Origin: Cenococcum geophilum
Taxonomy: Eukaryota
Direction: 5' to 3'
Length of the DNA: 64,000 nucleotides
Assembly: GCA_050273025.1 (NCBI GenBank)
Contig: CP158635.1
Coordinates: 11,780,001-11,844,000, forward strand
Numbering within the stretch: position 1 is the first letter of the stretch; every line of letters begins with the position of its first letter. Position numbers and translations under genes: made by a program. A model generated the notes under the pieces. That model ran no database searches. It was not told where the DNA came from and saw only the letters and a program-made list of their open reading frames with translations. Shown here piece by piece: positions 26,101 to 40,440 of this stretch.

Positions 26101-28427
26101 TTATATTTGTACTAAAGAAGGACGGGACCCTTTGCCTCTGTGTTAACTATTAGGCGCTTAATAGGATTACTATAAAGAATTGCTACCTACTACCCTTAAT
26201 AGGGGAGCTTATTAACAGGCTGTTAGGCGCAAAGATATTTATAAAACTAGATTTAAAAGATATATACCATCGAATCCGGATTAAAGCCGGCGATAAGTAG
26301 AAAACAGCGTTCCAAATACAGTACGGCCACTTTAAGGACCTAGTAATGCTATTTAGGCTCACTAACGCACCGGTAATATTTTAGGCCTATATTAATAAGG
26401 CATTATTAGGCCTATTAGATATAATATATATAGTCTACCTTAACAATATTATAGTCTACTTTAATAATTACAAAGTATATACGTACTATATATAAATAGT
26501 ACTAGAAAGACTACGGGAATATAAGCTCTATATAAACCTAAAAAAAATGCTCTTTCTATATTACTAGTATTAATTTTCTAGGCTTTATTATTAGCGTTAA
26601 TGGAGTGTTAATAAAGAAAAGCTAGGTAGACACTATTAGGGAATAGCTATACCCTATAACGTTTAGGGAAGTATAGGTTTTTTTAGGCACAGCAAACTTC
26701 TACTAAAGGTTTATTGTTTACTATTTATAAGTAATACTCCTAATTACCAATCTACTAAAAGGATCTAAGAATAGTAAGAAGTTAGGACCCTTTATATTTA
26801 GAGAAGCTACTAAGTAGGTAATAGACCGGTTAAAGGATTTATTTACGTCGGCGCCTATTCTAATACACTTCTGCTAGGAGCTATATATATACCTTAAAAC
26901 GGATACATCCGGCTTTACCCTAGAGGTAATTATATCTTAATTAAAAGACGGAGAATGGCATCCTATGGCGTTTTAGTTAAGGAAAATAACCCCTATAGAG
27001 CAGCGTTATATAACGCACGACTAGGAGCTGCTTATAATAATTACAGTAATAAAGTACTAGTAATATTATTATATAGGAAGCAATTATCCTATTAAAGTCC
27101 TTATAGACTATAATAACCTAGAATACTTTATAACTATAAAGATATTAAGCGGTTAATAGGCGAAATAGGCAGAGGCACTATTATAGTACGACTTTAAAAT
27201 TACGTACCGCCTAGGAAAGATAAATCCTGCTAATGGGTTATTAAGACGTCTAGATTATAAAATAGGGAGGATCTAGGACAGCATAGGGGAAATAATCCCT
27301 ATATTACAAAATTTGCTTAGGAAGAAAGAAGACTCTTTCCCTAAAACTATAGAATTTTATAGTAGGGTAGAGGTCCTAGTAATACAGCTATAAAGCAATA
27401 TAATTATGGAGCCGTAGGATATAGTTATAGACTAGGTTATAGACTAAGCAGACATTATAAAGTTAGCGTACCCTAGAATTAGCGAGAATTCTGTGGGATA
27501 TACTAGAGGTATCGCGGCACCTTTAACTTAACAGCGTATTAGCTATAAGTTTTCGGATCTAAGGGGGATAGGTAAGATACCTATCCGCAGCGTGGCACAC
27601 TATATAATAGTAGGAGAATCTACTAGCACTAATAGTTCGAAACGTCTTATGCCACGCCTTAAGTCTATAATAGCGGCAGGCGAAATAGAAGTAAGTAATC
27701 TATATAAAACTTTTCTAGATTTTCTTTTTTAAGCTTAATAAAGGGACGCCTTTGCCTCTAGGGAGAGGTAGAAAGATATAGTAGAGACTAACTTAGCTAG
27801 AGTTACTAAGAAGCTATAGCAGCAAGACTAAAAGGGTCTATTACGCTTTAAGGGTGTATATATATCCTAAAGGACCAAGTAATTTAAGATAAAATTTTAA
27901 AGGTCTTCTATAATAACCCTTTTAGGGGTTACTATAGTGCTAATAGAACCCTTAAGGCCGTTTAAAGGAAATACTTTTAAAATAGAATATCTAAAGAGGT
28001 TAAGGACTATATATTAAGGTATAATACGTGCTAAAGAATATAGATATTTAGGTATTACCTATACAGCAAGTTATTAATACTTCCTATTCCGTAGGGACCT
28101 ATATTAGAATTAACAATAGATTTTATTATAGGCTTACCCCCTACTAAAATAAGAACTAGAGAGGTTGCTAATACTATCCTAGTAATTATTAATAGGTATA
28201 TAAAGTTTTTAGGATACTTTACTATTATAATAACGATTATAGTAGTAGAACTAGCAGACCTATTTTTAAAACAGTAGCTCTTATTTAGCATACTAAGGGG
28301 AATTATATCTAACAGAGGTACTATATTTAATAGTACATTTTAATCTTTATTCTATTTTTTATTAATAATATAGTAAAGAATAAGCACTGCCTTTTACCTA
28401 TAAACAGACGGGCTAATAGAGCGTCTA

Positions 28428-31400
28428 TGTCACGGAACCCCACCGCAGGGGCCTCTATAGGAGAGCCCCGTACTCTTACGTACACCTTACGTACAGCTTA
28501 TGTCAGCTACGCGTAGGTATATCACCTCCTTACGCCCTCAACCCTTACGATTGATCGCGTAACGTCTTGTAGACTCCTTGAATACATACGTCTTATAGCC
28601 ACTGCCCCGTCCCATGACATTACGTTACGCCTTTTTACCACTAACACCTAGCCTATAACCAATTCTACGTCTCTGTAATATTATAGGCGCTGCCAAAAAC
28701 AACATGCCTATAAGTTACCTCACTTTATACTTCTAAGGAACCCACAATAGTAAGACAATATTCCTTACTAGCTACTATGTTAAACCTAAAGAATAATCCA
28801 ATACCTACACTTAACCTACGACGCCAATTAATCCCAGAAGAATTTGATTTATTAGCCCTAGCCTTAACCCCTAAGGAGATGAACACTAATAATATCTTAT
28901 CTTTTATTAACTATATAACTACGGATAAGTAAGCGGAAGGGCTATTACCTATTAAAATTAAAATATAAGACGCTAAGACGTTTGCAAAAATGGTAGCATA
29001 AGAACCTAATAAATACTACCACCTTCTACAGAACTACCACCTAAAGCTTATATAAGCCGAGATGTATACTGCCTAAGATCGCGATATTATCTAAGACCTA
29101 TAAGCTTATAAGGCGCTCGCCGATAATACGCGTTAAGAAACTAAAGATAACCTCCACGTGTCTAAACGCGACGTCCAATAGTTAAAGAAGGCTAAAATCA
29201 CACTTATTGCTACAGTTACTAAAAGAGAAGGCATAATTAAATACCTATAATTTTAGCTTAATAAGCACATTTATAACAACGCTAGACACCTCTCTACTGT
29301 ATATAACGCCACTTAAGTCTCTACGCCCCTAGCAACTTTACCTACTTAACACTTAATAAAGAGTTAGCGCTAAGCAGCCTTACCTAACAGGAACCCTTAT
29401 TAAAGCGATAATAAAAGCTATAACAACTAAACCTAAGCTGCTACTATAGGGTCTAATATATATTACCTTAATCCCCTAGTTTTTTAGGGAGACCGCAAAG
29501 AATATAACCACTAAAAGATATAAATCCGCAAGAAACTAACTTAGAGCGCCTGCCTTTTTCCTACGGAAGACACTAAGATTAGCTACATTATTAGGCGAAT
29601 AAAGGGTATACTATTTAACAGACTCTTCGCCCAATAGGAGACCAATAGCCCCTAGAAGTAGCAGTCCCACTAAGAAGTTCTTAATAATCTTAACCTAATA
29701 TACCGCGACTATAACCTACTGGCTACTAACCAAGCTAAACTACGTACCCTAAAGATAAGCCCTACTAAATTATTTAATAAGTTCTATGTTAAATTCCAGG
29801 AATACACCGGAGCTCTCACCTAAGATAATACTAAAGACTAAAAAGATCTCCTTAAAAAAGTCACTTATTGCCTTAGTTACGCAGCCGCCAGCTATAACTA
29901 TAATAATATTTATAATATAGTAGCAGCTATATAGAAGATTAAACGACAACTAAATTAGATTGCTACTATAAACCCTTACCTAAAGACCTCCCTATAGAAG
30001 CCCTCCGGACCTACTAAACCACTAACGCCTACTACCTTAAGCAACACTACTGGTCCTAATATTAACCTTTTTATACTAACCTTCCTATAGAAGCTACTAA
30101 ATAGAAAATATAAGCTACTCTAGAAGCTAAAGCATTGCTATAGATATTATTAAGAAGGCTGTTATAGCTATAGCCTAAACTGCCTAATAGCTAGGTTTAG
30201 TAGCCGCCGCCTAATACCTAATCTAGTACCTCAAATACTAAATACGTTACTACGTACTACTACTATATAAGACGAAGACGTAGCAATAGCGGTAGAGTCA
30301 GATACGGAAACGGAAAACGCCAAGTCCTAGCCCTAAGTCATAGGTTAGGACGCCCTAATAATAAGGGGATCTACATATCGGCCTGCTTAATAGATAACTT
30401 AGTAAAGATAAATAGACGGAAATAAATAGTTTTACCTATAATAGGAACTACTGCTAAAAAATAATATAAAAGCCGTTCTATAATTAATTGCGGAGCTACT
30501 AATAAATTTATAGATACCTAATTTATATACACTTATAACCTACCTACCTTACCCCTTACTAAAGCCCGCGCCCTATAACTCGCCAACGGTAGTTATACCG
30601 CATAGAAGATTACCTATATAGTACAACTCTACCTAGATATAAATAGGCACCAGGAAGAACTCTGGGCCTATATTACACCACTTACTAACTACCCTATTAT
30701 CCTTAGAATAAACTGGCTTAAATAATATAACCCCGCCATTAACTGGAAAAAGAGAGAAGCAACCTTTAACTCTAAATACTATAGAAAGACCTGCCTAGGA
30801 TATAGCCTAGCCGCCTCTATTTACTCCCTAGGATACCAACCTAAGGAACCCCTTATTACCTTACCCACAACCAACTGCTACTATATAAGTGCCGCGACCT
30901 TCTACCGCATAGCACGTAGGAAAGGCTAGACCGTTACCGCAGCCTCCCAATTACGACTATATAAGCTTAATAAAGAACAAAACCACGTTCTCTATAGTAA
31001 TAGGATAGATATAGTTAACCTCCTAGAAAACAATGCCCCCGTAAAACTCTACGGACTTTTACCTTTAGACTTTAAGAAGTTTATAAAGCTTAAAAAAGGA
31101 CTTACCAATAAGGAACTCCGTAAGCTCCTCCCTAAGAGGTACTATAACTTTATTAACGTATACTTATAAAAGAGCGCAGATATACTCCCCCTATATTGAC
31201 CTAATAACTATACCATTAATATTAAATAAGGAAAAACGCCACCCTATAAGAGACCCTACCTAATGTTAAAAGACGAACTTCTAGTTGTTAAAAAGTATAT
31301 CAACAAACACCTTGATAAAGGGTTTATTCGCCCTAGTATATCCCTAGCAGCCGCCCCTATCCTCCTTACTAAGAAGCTAGGAGGAGGTATTTAATTCTAC

Positions 31401-34400
31401 ATTAACTATAGAGGACTTAACGCTATTACGATTAAGAACCAATACCCCGTACCACTTATATATAAGACTCTTAAGTGGCTTAGCTAAGCCAAAATCTATA
31501 CCAAGCTTAATATTATTGCCGCCTTTAACTACCTCTAAATACAAGAAGGTAACAAATGGAAAACCGCATTCGTATTACGCTTTAGCCAATTCAAATATAC
31601 TATTATGCCCTTTAGCGTATATAACGGCCCAGGCAGCTTCTAAAGCTATATTAATAACGCCTTATAGGACTACCTTAACGACTTCTACTCTACATACCTA
31701 GACGATATACTTATTTATAGCGATAACCCTTTTAAGTATACCAAGCATGTTTAAAAGGTCCTATAGCGCCTTAGGGATGCAGGACTTTATATTAATTTAA
31801 AGAAGTGCGAATTCTCAGTCATAGAAGTAAAATACCTTAGACTAATTATTACTATTAAGGGTATCCGTATAGACCCTAAAAAGGTACGCATAATTACTAA
31901 ATAGTAAACCCCTAACTGCATTAAAGACGTATAAGCTTTCCTCGGTTTTGCTAACTTCTATTAAAAATTTATATATAACTTCTCAGGTATTATAGTACCA
32001 TTTATAGCAATAATGTGAACAAAGGGCCTTTCTATAAAAGGAAGAAAAACATATCTATATTTTATCTAGACGCCTAAATGCGAGAAGGCGTTCTAAGACC
32101 TTAAAGATGCTTTTACTAAAGCACCTATTCTAGCTTACTTTATACTAGGACGATAACTCTATCTTAAGACTAACTCCTTAGACCACATTAACGTAGGCAT
32201 CCTCTCCTAGATAGGTAATAACGGTCTCCTCTACCTAGTCGCATTCTATTTATCTAAGCTTATACTATAAGAATATAACTACAAGATCTATAATAAGGAA
32301 CTTCTTATAATTATATAAGCGTTTAAGAAATTCTAACCAGAACTCTCCTTAGTAGAACCTAACTAGCTAACTAAAGTCCTTATAGATTATCGCAACCTTA
32401 AGTACTTTATAACTATAAAATAGCTAAACTAACGCCAAGCACGCTAAAACGAGTTCCTCTCTAGTTTTAACTTTAAAATTATATATAGGCTAGGAGTATA
32501 AGGTACTAAGCCTAATAGCCTAATACGCCGCTTATAAGACCTTCCTTAGTCTAAAGATAACCCCCGCAACTAGTTCCAATAATAGACAATCCTAAAAGCA
32601 CGGAATTTGGCCCTAGGTATACTACCTATAATAGAGCTAACTATACCTTAGCTCTATACTACAGAACTAAAATTACCTTCTAAAATTAACGAGCTTATTA
32701 CCACGGCATATAATACCTCTGTTAACCCATTACTACATTAACTTATTGCCGCAAAGACCGCTAGCGCCCGTATACTACTAACTAAACTCCAAAGCTTAGG
32801 CCAGATTAATATAGCAGCCTTAGAAGTAAAAGAGAATAGGCTCTATTATAGAGGCCGTCTATTTATCTTTAACTTAGAAAATCTATAACGGTAACTAATC
32901 TAAATGGCCTACGACCTCCGATTAAGCGGCCACCTAGGTAGAAGAGGAACCTATAAGCTTCTTAGCCGATACTACTTCTAGCCTAAAATAATAGACTTAG
33001 TTAAACGCTTTATAGGTGCCTACTATAGTTATAAGCGCGCTAAGGCCTTTAATACAAAGTACTAAGGACTACTGCACCCTCTACTAGTACCTATATAACA
33101 ATGGGCAGATATTACTATAGATTTCGTTGTTAACCTACTACCCTATAAGCGACATGGCCGTACCTATAAGAACATCCTTATAATAATATGCCGACTTATA
33201 AAAGAGCGCCACTACGTCCTAACTAAAGGCATAGCCGTCAACGATGTTACTAACGCCTTCCTTTGCGAAATCTACCGATTACATAGGTTACCTGACTTAA
33301 TTACATCCAACTAAGGTATATAGTTCGGCTCTAATATATAGAGACAAATCTGCTAACGCCTTGGCATCTCTATTAAGATATCTACATCCTTCTATTATAA
33401 AACTACTAGGCAACCAGAAAACGCTAATACTAGCATAAAAGCGTACCTACGATAGGTAGTCGCCTATAGTTAAGATAACTAGGTAGATCACCTCCTACTA
33501 GGTAAATTTGTAGTAAATAACTACGTCTTAACTACTACAGGACTTACCCCGTTCTTCGCAAATAAGGGATATTACCCCCAATCCGGCATAGAACCACTAG
33601 AACCTATTAATAAGAAACTACTATATAGAAAACGCCTTAAGATGCTACTTACTAACCAGCATGTAGACTATATAAAAAATCTACTTAACTACTGCAAGGG
33701 AGAAATGGCCTAGGCTTAAGTAAAGCAGGCCTACTTCGCCAACCATCATAGAACGCTACTACCGGAGATGCGTGTTAGCGACTAGGTATAGCTAGATGTA
33801 CGCAATATCTCTATATAGAGGCCTATAAAGTCACTTGATTATAAGAACCTCAGCCCCTACCTAATTAAATAAGTCATTAATAGGGGAGCCGCATATAAGC
33901 TAGAGCTCCTACCTACCCTAGCCACCCGCGGGATATAGCCTATATTTTACCTATAGCTACTATACCTTTACCAGCCTAACCCCTTACCAGGGCAGATATA
34001 GCCTAAACCCCTACTAGTACTAATCTAAGACGAGAATAAAGATGAGAACCACAAGGAGTAGACCGTTAAACAAATTATTAACTCTAAATACTTTAGCAAA
34101 GGCAGAGGACGACGGCTCTACTATAGAGCTATATACACAGAATTCGACATAGACTAGCTAGAATAGCAACTATAGGAAGACTTCAAAAATGCAAAGGATC
34201 TAATTAGCGACTTTTACCACGCAAACCTATAGAAACCGGGCCTAAGCAGAGATTTTATACCTAATCCTCTATAGGAGCCCTTATAGAGTTAAACCGTTAT
34301 ACATTACCATATAGGGGCAAATTGCCGTTAGATTACCGTTAGATTGCGGCAAAGTGCGATTACGTGACTAGAATATTATTAAGATGTCCAGGAACTTCAA

Positions 34401-34772
34401 CCAGCGGTTAAAGTTATCTAATTAATTAGATTCTTAGATGCTAAGCCTTATTACATGACGTTGTTTTAAGCCTTTAGCAATACCCCCCTTTTCTTCTTTT
34501 CTATACCCTAAGTGTCCCTTCTATATATATATAGTAACCACAGCGTCGCCAGAGCTCCGCCTCTATAGGAGAGGGGGTAGTATCACGGAACCCTACCGCA
34601 GGGGCCTCCATAGGAGAGCCCCGTGCTCTCGCGTACACCTCGCGTACAGCTTATGTCAGCTACGCGTAGGTATATCACCTCCTTACGCCCTCGACCCTTA
34701 CGATCGATCGCGCAACATCTTGTAGACTCCTTGAATACATACGTCTTATAGCCACTGCCCCGTCCCGTGACA
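28428..34772 (+). mobile_element. Full-length Ty3/Gypsy element C nested in B integrase
   Basis: 192-bp LTRs 28428-28619 and 34581-34772 (TG..CA), TSD GTCTA at 28423-27 and 34773-77, PPT ggagagggggtag; gag, protease LIDCGAT (~30478), RT YLDD (31695-31706), RNase H, integrase, chromodomain (~34055-34230). Confidence 0.96.
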
Positions 34773-35965
34773 GTCTAAATGCGTTGTTAGAACACTACCT
34801 CCGCTACTATATTAATTATTAACAGAATAATTAGATATTATAGTTAGCTTTAGCGCAGTATATATATAATATAAGCATCTATAGTAGTATAAAAATAACC
34901 CCTTATAAAGCATTGTTTGGGGTAAAAGCAAATAACCCCTAGAATGTTAAGAATATCGTTCCTAAAAGAAAGGCACTAGTAGCGTCCAAAAGAATTAAGC
35001 AAATAAGAATTCGTAAAGAAGAACTTAAAAAGCACTTACTAGACGCCCAGGCCGTATAAAAAAGGTACTATAACAAAAAATATATACCAAAAGAATTCGA
35101 GATAAGAGACGAAGTCTTACTATTTATAAAAAATATCTAAATAAAACGTATTAAGAAGAAGCTGGATTACCGGTAGCTTAGACCCTTTAAGATAGTTAAG
35201 AAAACTAAAGGAAACTAAGCCTATAAATTAGAATTACTAAAATCTTATCTATTACTAGAGCTATACCGGAGAAGAGATAGTGCGGAACCGCCCCTACCTA
35301 GCGAAATTAATAGGGAACTAGAATGGAATATAGAAGACATTTTAGACTAAAGATGGCGCTAAAAAAAGCGCGAATTTTTAGTTTATTAAAAAGGATACTC
35401 TTAGGCGTATAATAGTTAGGAACCTAAGGAGTACCTTTAGCTAGGATACAATACCGTAATTAAAACCTTCCTAAGAACTAAAGGTAAAGATTTAGAAATA
35501 GTTCCGGATATACCATAGGTAAAGTAATAGGGAAGACCCCGCAAATTAAAACTATAGGATTAAGTATAGGCATTAAGAATAAAAACGTTTTACTATTATA
35601 ATAGGGATCCTAAAATCCTATAAGAGGAAGCCTATAGGGATCTATAGGAGAACCACTAGGGATACTATTTAAAGGAGACGCTCTTTAAGAAGGAGTAGTA
35701 GTACTATAAGAAGTAGCCTTGGGGATTTAGAAGGATCCCCTAAGGATAAAAGAAGAGTATTTAGCCTAGCACTAGAGATATATAGTAAAGTTAATAGTAC
35801 AAAGAGGAGTAAAAGGACAGCCTATAAAGAATTAAAAATTTTAAGAAATTATAAGGTACCTATAGGAATACTACCCATTTATTATATATAGGGATTATAG
35901 TAGTATACTGCGTTTATATAGATTATTACCAAAGCTTAGAATAAAGGTATCCCTAAAGTATAAAG

Positions 35966-36874
35966 TTAATTCCTAATAATAGGGCATCCTAGAGGCACCT
36001 GAAAAATACTATATAAAGCTATTCTATAAAAAGAAGGAAAAGAGCTAGGTAATAACTTAAATACTAGTAGTAGTAATAGGAGCCTCTTCTTCCATCTTAA
36101 CGTTATTATTAACGGTATTATTAGCTTCTCTATCCCTAGAAGTATTAGTACTTCCACTAATATTCTTCTTAGAACGATAGGTACTAGAAGAACTAGCATA
36201 GGCGGGAGACTAGCAAGGAGAACGTTTATCTTAACCTTTATTACTATCCTTAGTATCCCTAGGTTCTAAATTAGCGTCTAAGCAGGGATTAGAGAGATAT
36301 TAGCTAAAGAAGTTAGCATAGTTCCTAAGCGAGTTACTAGAGAAACTTACCTAGCTAGAATAGCCCGCGTAAGAGTATAAATGTTATTATTAATAAGGAT
36401 AAGCTGTTCGTATATACGCTTCTAGACACTATATATCCGAGATTATTACGTCTTTATAGCAGTAGAAACCCTTATTAAATTAAAGAGTCTATAAGTAAAG
36501 GAAGATACCTTCTATCCCCGCCTGTTACTATTAGGATATTAGCGGAAATCTTAAATAGCGCGTTAAAGCCTATAAGTCTTATATATATAAATAGTAGGGA
36601 TCTAGTATAATTAGCGAAATCTAGAATAGGACGGAATAGGAAATACTAGGATATAGGTCTTTCTCCTACTGCGATAATAGGAGTACTTAGATTTATTTTT
36701 GCTAGAGTAAGGCATCTTATAGACGTAAAAAGGATCTTACGTAAGAGCATAAACACAGCAATAATAGTATTTTAGGGAAACTGCCGTAGGAGTAATAGAC
36801 GCTGTTTAGGGCGTTACTGGGAGAGGAACGATACTACTACTAGTCTGAAGACGTGTAGAAGAACCATAAGCCAT
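35966..36874 (-). pseudogene. Antisense spliced accessory gene of gypsy B, N-terminal Cys6 cluster
   Basis: ATG 36874; after RIP reversal C-x2-C-x11-C-x11-C-x2-C-x6-C; intron 36646-36602 (GT..GCTAAT..AG); second GTAAGT donor ~36350. 3' end approximate. Confidence 0.6.
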
Positions 36875-39299
36875 TATAAAAGAATACTTTAAGAAGTTAG
36901 CATTATTATAAGAGATAAGGTGGAAATCCTATTGCTTATAAACGCGTTAAAAAAAGATAATAAGGTAGTAATAGAAGTACGGCTAGAGATACAGAAGCTG
37001 AAAGGCAAGATATAATAAAAACAGCCTGTTTAAGAACGAGACGAATAGTATTATTAATAGAAGGATAAGGGAGAGACAATAACTTATAAACAGAAAAAAA
37101 TTAAAATAAAAGACGTTATTATTAAAGCCCATTTAGGTAAATAGGGTTAGTAGTTAGTTAACGCGTTATACTAGATAACCTCTAAATCTATTTATAACAA
37201 ATTCCTAAAATTAGAGAGGTAAATCCCACCAAATTTTTATTACTATTATTAAAATTCTATTATAAAAGCACTATAAGGAGCTAGGGTAAGAGAAGAGTAG
37301 AGGAATAAAAGATAAAGTAAAGTTCCGCGCTAGTAAAGAGCTAGCGATAAGTCGCATTATAAAGTACCTTTCTACTAAGGGTTTCCCTAGTAGTCTTAGC
37401 TGGAACTCTATAAAGGCTTAGTAGAGGTAAAGTCTTAGAGGACTAAGACCCTAGGAGGGGAGGTAATTATAATAAAATCCCCTAGGAGGTATATATCTAA
37501 TAAGACGGTAGGAGGTTTTATCTATATCCTATCTATATTCTAGAAGATATAGTTAGATAGGTTAGGGGCAAAAGGTTTTACTAGCGTTTTAGAAGGAATA
37601 TATAGGAAGCTGGTTTCCCTCTAGAGAAGAACTAGCAATTAGTCTCTAAATAGAAGTAGTTAAAAGTATTTATCCTTTAATACGTAAAAACTTATTCTAC
37701 CTTCTACTTACCTTTAACGTATCTTTGACTTACCTTTTACTTACCGGTAACACTGTTGATTAGATAATTATACGTTCCGGTTAAGCTGGCCTCTTACACT
37801 AAACTATAAAATAATAAAAAGCCATTAGGGGCTTTACTGCGAAAAAACATAGACGGATTAATTAGGTATAATTATCTAAAAATTATAGTAACTTAGGAAG
37901 AACTAAAGAGAATTTATAAGTTACTAAAGAGCTTTTAGGTATAAAGAATTCTAAAAGCATAGCTAGAAGATCTATAGACGGATATATATAAAAATCGAGA
38001 AGTAAAGTATATCCTAAGAAGCATAACAGAATAATTTATAGAGGAATTCTATAAAGGATTAACTTAAGGATATAATAAAGCTATAGGCTTAGTATTAAGA
38101 CTTTAAAAGGAGTATATTATTAATAGAATCTAGGGCTTAGCGCGAAAAGTTATAAGAAAATATCTAGATTATTAAAGAAATAAACTAATAAGGCATAAGC
38201 TATACGGAGGGCTACAACCTATTAAAATACTAGAAAGACTATGGGAGGTTATATTATAGGACTTTATTATTAAGTTACTAAAGTTAAGAAACCCTATTAC
38301 CGGATAAGATTATAATGCAATCTTAGTAATAATAGATAAGCTTATAAAGTAGGGATACTTTATAGTATACATAGAAGAAATATTAGTAGAAGATATCGCT
38401 AAAATCTATATTAAGGAAGTATTTATAAAATATAAAGCACTAAGTAAGGTTATATCGGATAGAGATCTAAAATTTATAGTAGTATTTTAGGAGGTATTCT
38501 TAGCGGAATAAGGAGTTAGAGTAGCAACTTCTATTATATATTATCTATAGATAGACAGCTAAATAAAAAGATTAAACTAGATATTAGAGCAGTATCTAAA
38601 GCATTATATTAATTATATATAGAATAATTAGGTATCGCTATTACTAATTATATAGTTTGTATATAATATAACACCACACAAAGGGATAGGTATATTACTA
38701 TTTAAGGCAAATTACGGATATAAGCTAAGAATATTGTTATTACTATAATAAGTAAAGAAAATAAATAGTATAGCTAAAGAAAGAATAAAGACGTTAATAA
38801 ATCTTTATATAAACCTTATAGAATTAGTAAAGAAAGTATAAAAGAGAATAAAAAAGTACTATAATGCTAAGAGATCTAAGGGACTAAATCTTAAGGAGGG
38901 AGATAAAGTATAGCTACTATATAAAAATTTTAAGAGTTAATAATTAAGTAAGAAGTTAAACCACGTTAGACTAGGACCTTTTAAAATTACGTAAAGGATT
39001 TCACCAATTACGTTTAAGTTAAACCTACTAGCTAAAATAAAGATCTACCCTATATAGTACATCGCAATACTAGAGCTAGTATATAAGAATATTAAGCTAC
39101 TAACCTATAAAGTAGACATGTATAGAGGATAGGAAGAAGATAAATAGTAAATTTTAAGGATTATTAGTTATAAGGACATTAATAATAAAATATAGTATAA
39201 GGTAAAGTAGATAGGCTATACTAAGACTACCTAGGAGCTACTAAAGAATTTAAAGAATGCTATAGGAAAGGTATAGGAGTATTAGAAGAAATTAGGTCA

Positions 39300-39933
39300 G
39301 GCAGTATTAATAAAAAAGGATCGCTAAAAAAATAAGTCACCTAAGGGGGACCTAAGAAGAGTAGTTGCCGAACTACTTAGATCTATTTCCTTCTCTATTA
39401 AAAGAGAATCCGTTCTTTTATTACTAAGTTCCTATAAACCCTATTTTATAAGTTTTTACTCCTTAGAATAAACCTTCTTACAGACCTTCTTAAGACGAAT
39501 TAACTAAGTAAACGCTATAAGATAAGAGTTAAGGGCTCTTTACTAAGCTTTAGCAGCCTCTTATTTAGCATTATAAGAACGGCGCAATTTCGCTAAAGTA
39601 ATAAATAGTTTATTATCTAGCTATATAGCAGCAGATTAAATACGGGACCCTAAGACAAATTAATTAGGGAACTAGACGACTATTAAGAGTAATAGGTCGC
39701 GTATATTTAGCATTAGAGATAGAGTAAATATTATAGGACGAATAAATATTTACTTTAGTGCACTCTAAATAAGAGGATAGTTATTATAAAGATGGGTTCG
39801 CTAACGCAATATAACTTAACCCCTTTTTTAAATAGCAAGAATATAGAGATAGCATAACCTCACTAAGAGACAGTATCGCAGTAATAGTGCAAATACGACG
39901 AGCAGTTAAAGAAGAAGAAATTGCTTTAGGTAT
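39300..39933 (-). pseudogene. Antisense accessory gene of gypsy A, Zn2Cys6-like cluster plus coiled coil
   Basis: After RIP reversal MPKAISSSSTARR..ILSLGEVMPSPCSRCSKKGLSCVALADPSSRQPSSCSECTKANIRSSCDV, then a helical AKLRRSHDAEREAAEAQ.. segment. 3' end approximate. Confidence 0.6.
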
Positions 39934-40041
39934 AATAAGCAATAATATTAACCAAATTAATTAGACGGATATTATACCTCTAGTAAATAACTTAAAGATA
40001 TTTAAAATCTTTAAGGACGAAAATAGAGAGGAGGGAAATGG

Positions 40042-40438
40042 TATTATGGACGCTTTAAGTATAATATTATAATTACTTAGAGAAGAGTTAAAAGAAGCTA
40101 GTTAGTTAATTTAGGTATAGTCTAAGATAAAGCCAATAGAACTATATAATAAGGAATAGTAACTAAGGTTATATAATATAATCTATAATAGAGTAAATAG
40201 AGTATATGTATATTATATATAAGAAGGATTTTATAGAAATACGGTTATGTATTTAAGGACCCTTAGTCCCTACCTAGATAGTTCCTTTCTTATAGTAATT
40301 CTTAGAATATAATTAAAGTTAATCTATTAGGCAACCACTCCACCAATTATTATTACGTTATTAACTTTAATTTATATCACCTATATACCTAGCCTATTAA
40401 CGAGCCTATTGTAGTTCTTGTTATAAGGTTCCGTTATA
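40042..40438 (+). repeat. 3' LTR of gypsy A
   Basis: Follows PPT; homologous to 59956-60375. Confidence 0.9.
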
Positions 40439-40440
40439 TA

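Larger units (their letters stand above)
23868..37798 (+). mobile_element. Ty3/Gypsy element B (5' LTR truncated), nested in A
   Basis: LTR remnant 23868-24084 matches 37582-37798 of full 3' LTR 37468-37798. Gag Zn knuckle ~25213-25254, protease LIDSGA ~25413-25430, RT ~26050-26600, RNase H ~26890-27260, integrase split by C at 28427/34773, chromodomain ~35320-35450. Confidence 0.92.
23470..40438 (+). mobile_element. Ty3/Gypsy chromovirus-type element A, 3' half; host of B and C
   Basis: RT start ENL.[38 protein letters not shown] (23470-23867); integrase HKPYGGLQP..WDFIVKLP and chromodomain (37799-39290); PPT gagaggagggaa; 3' LTR 40042-40438. Confidence 0.9.
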
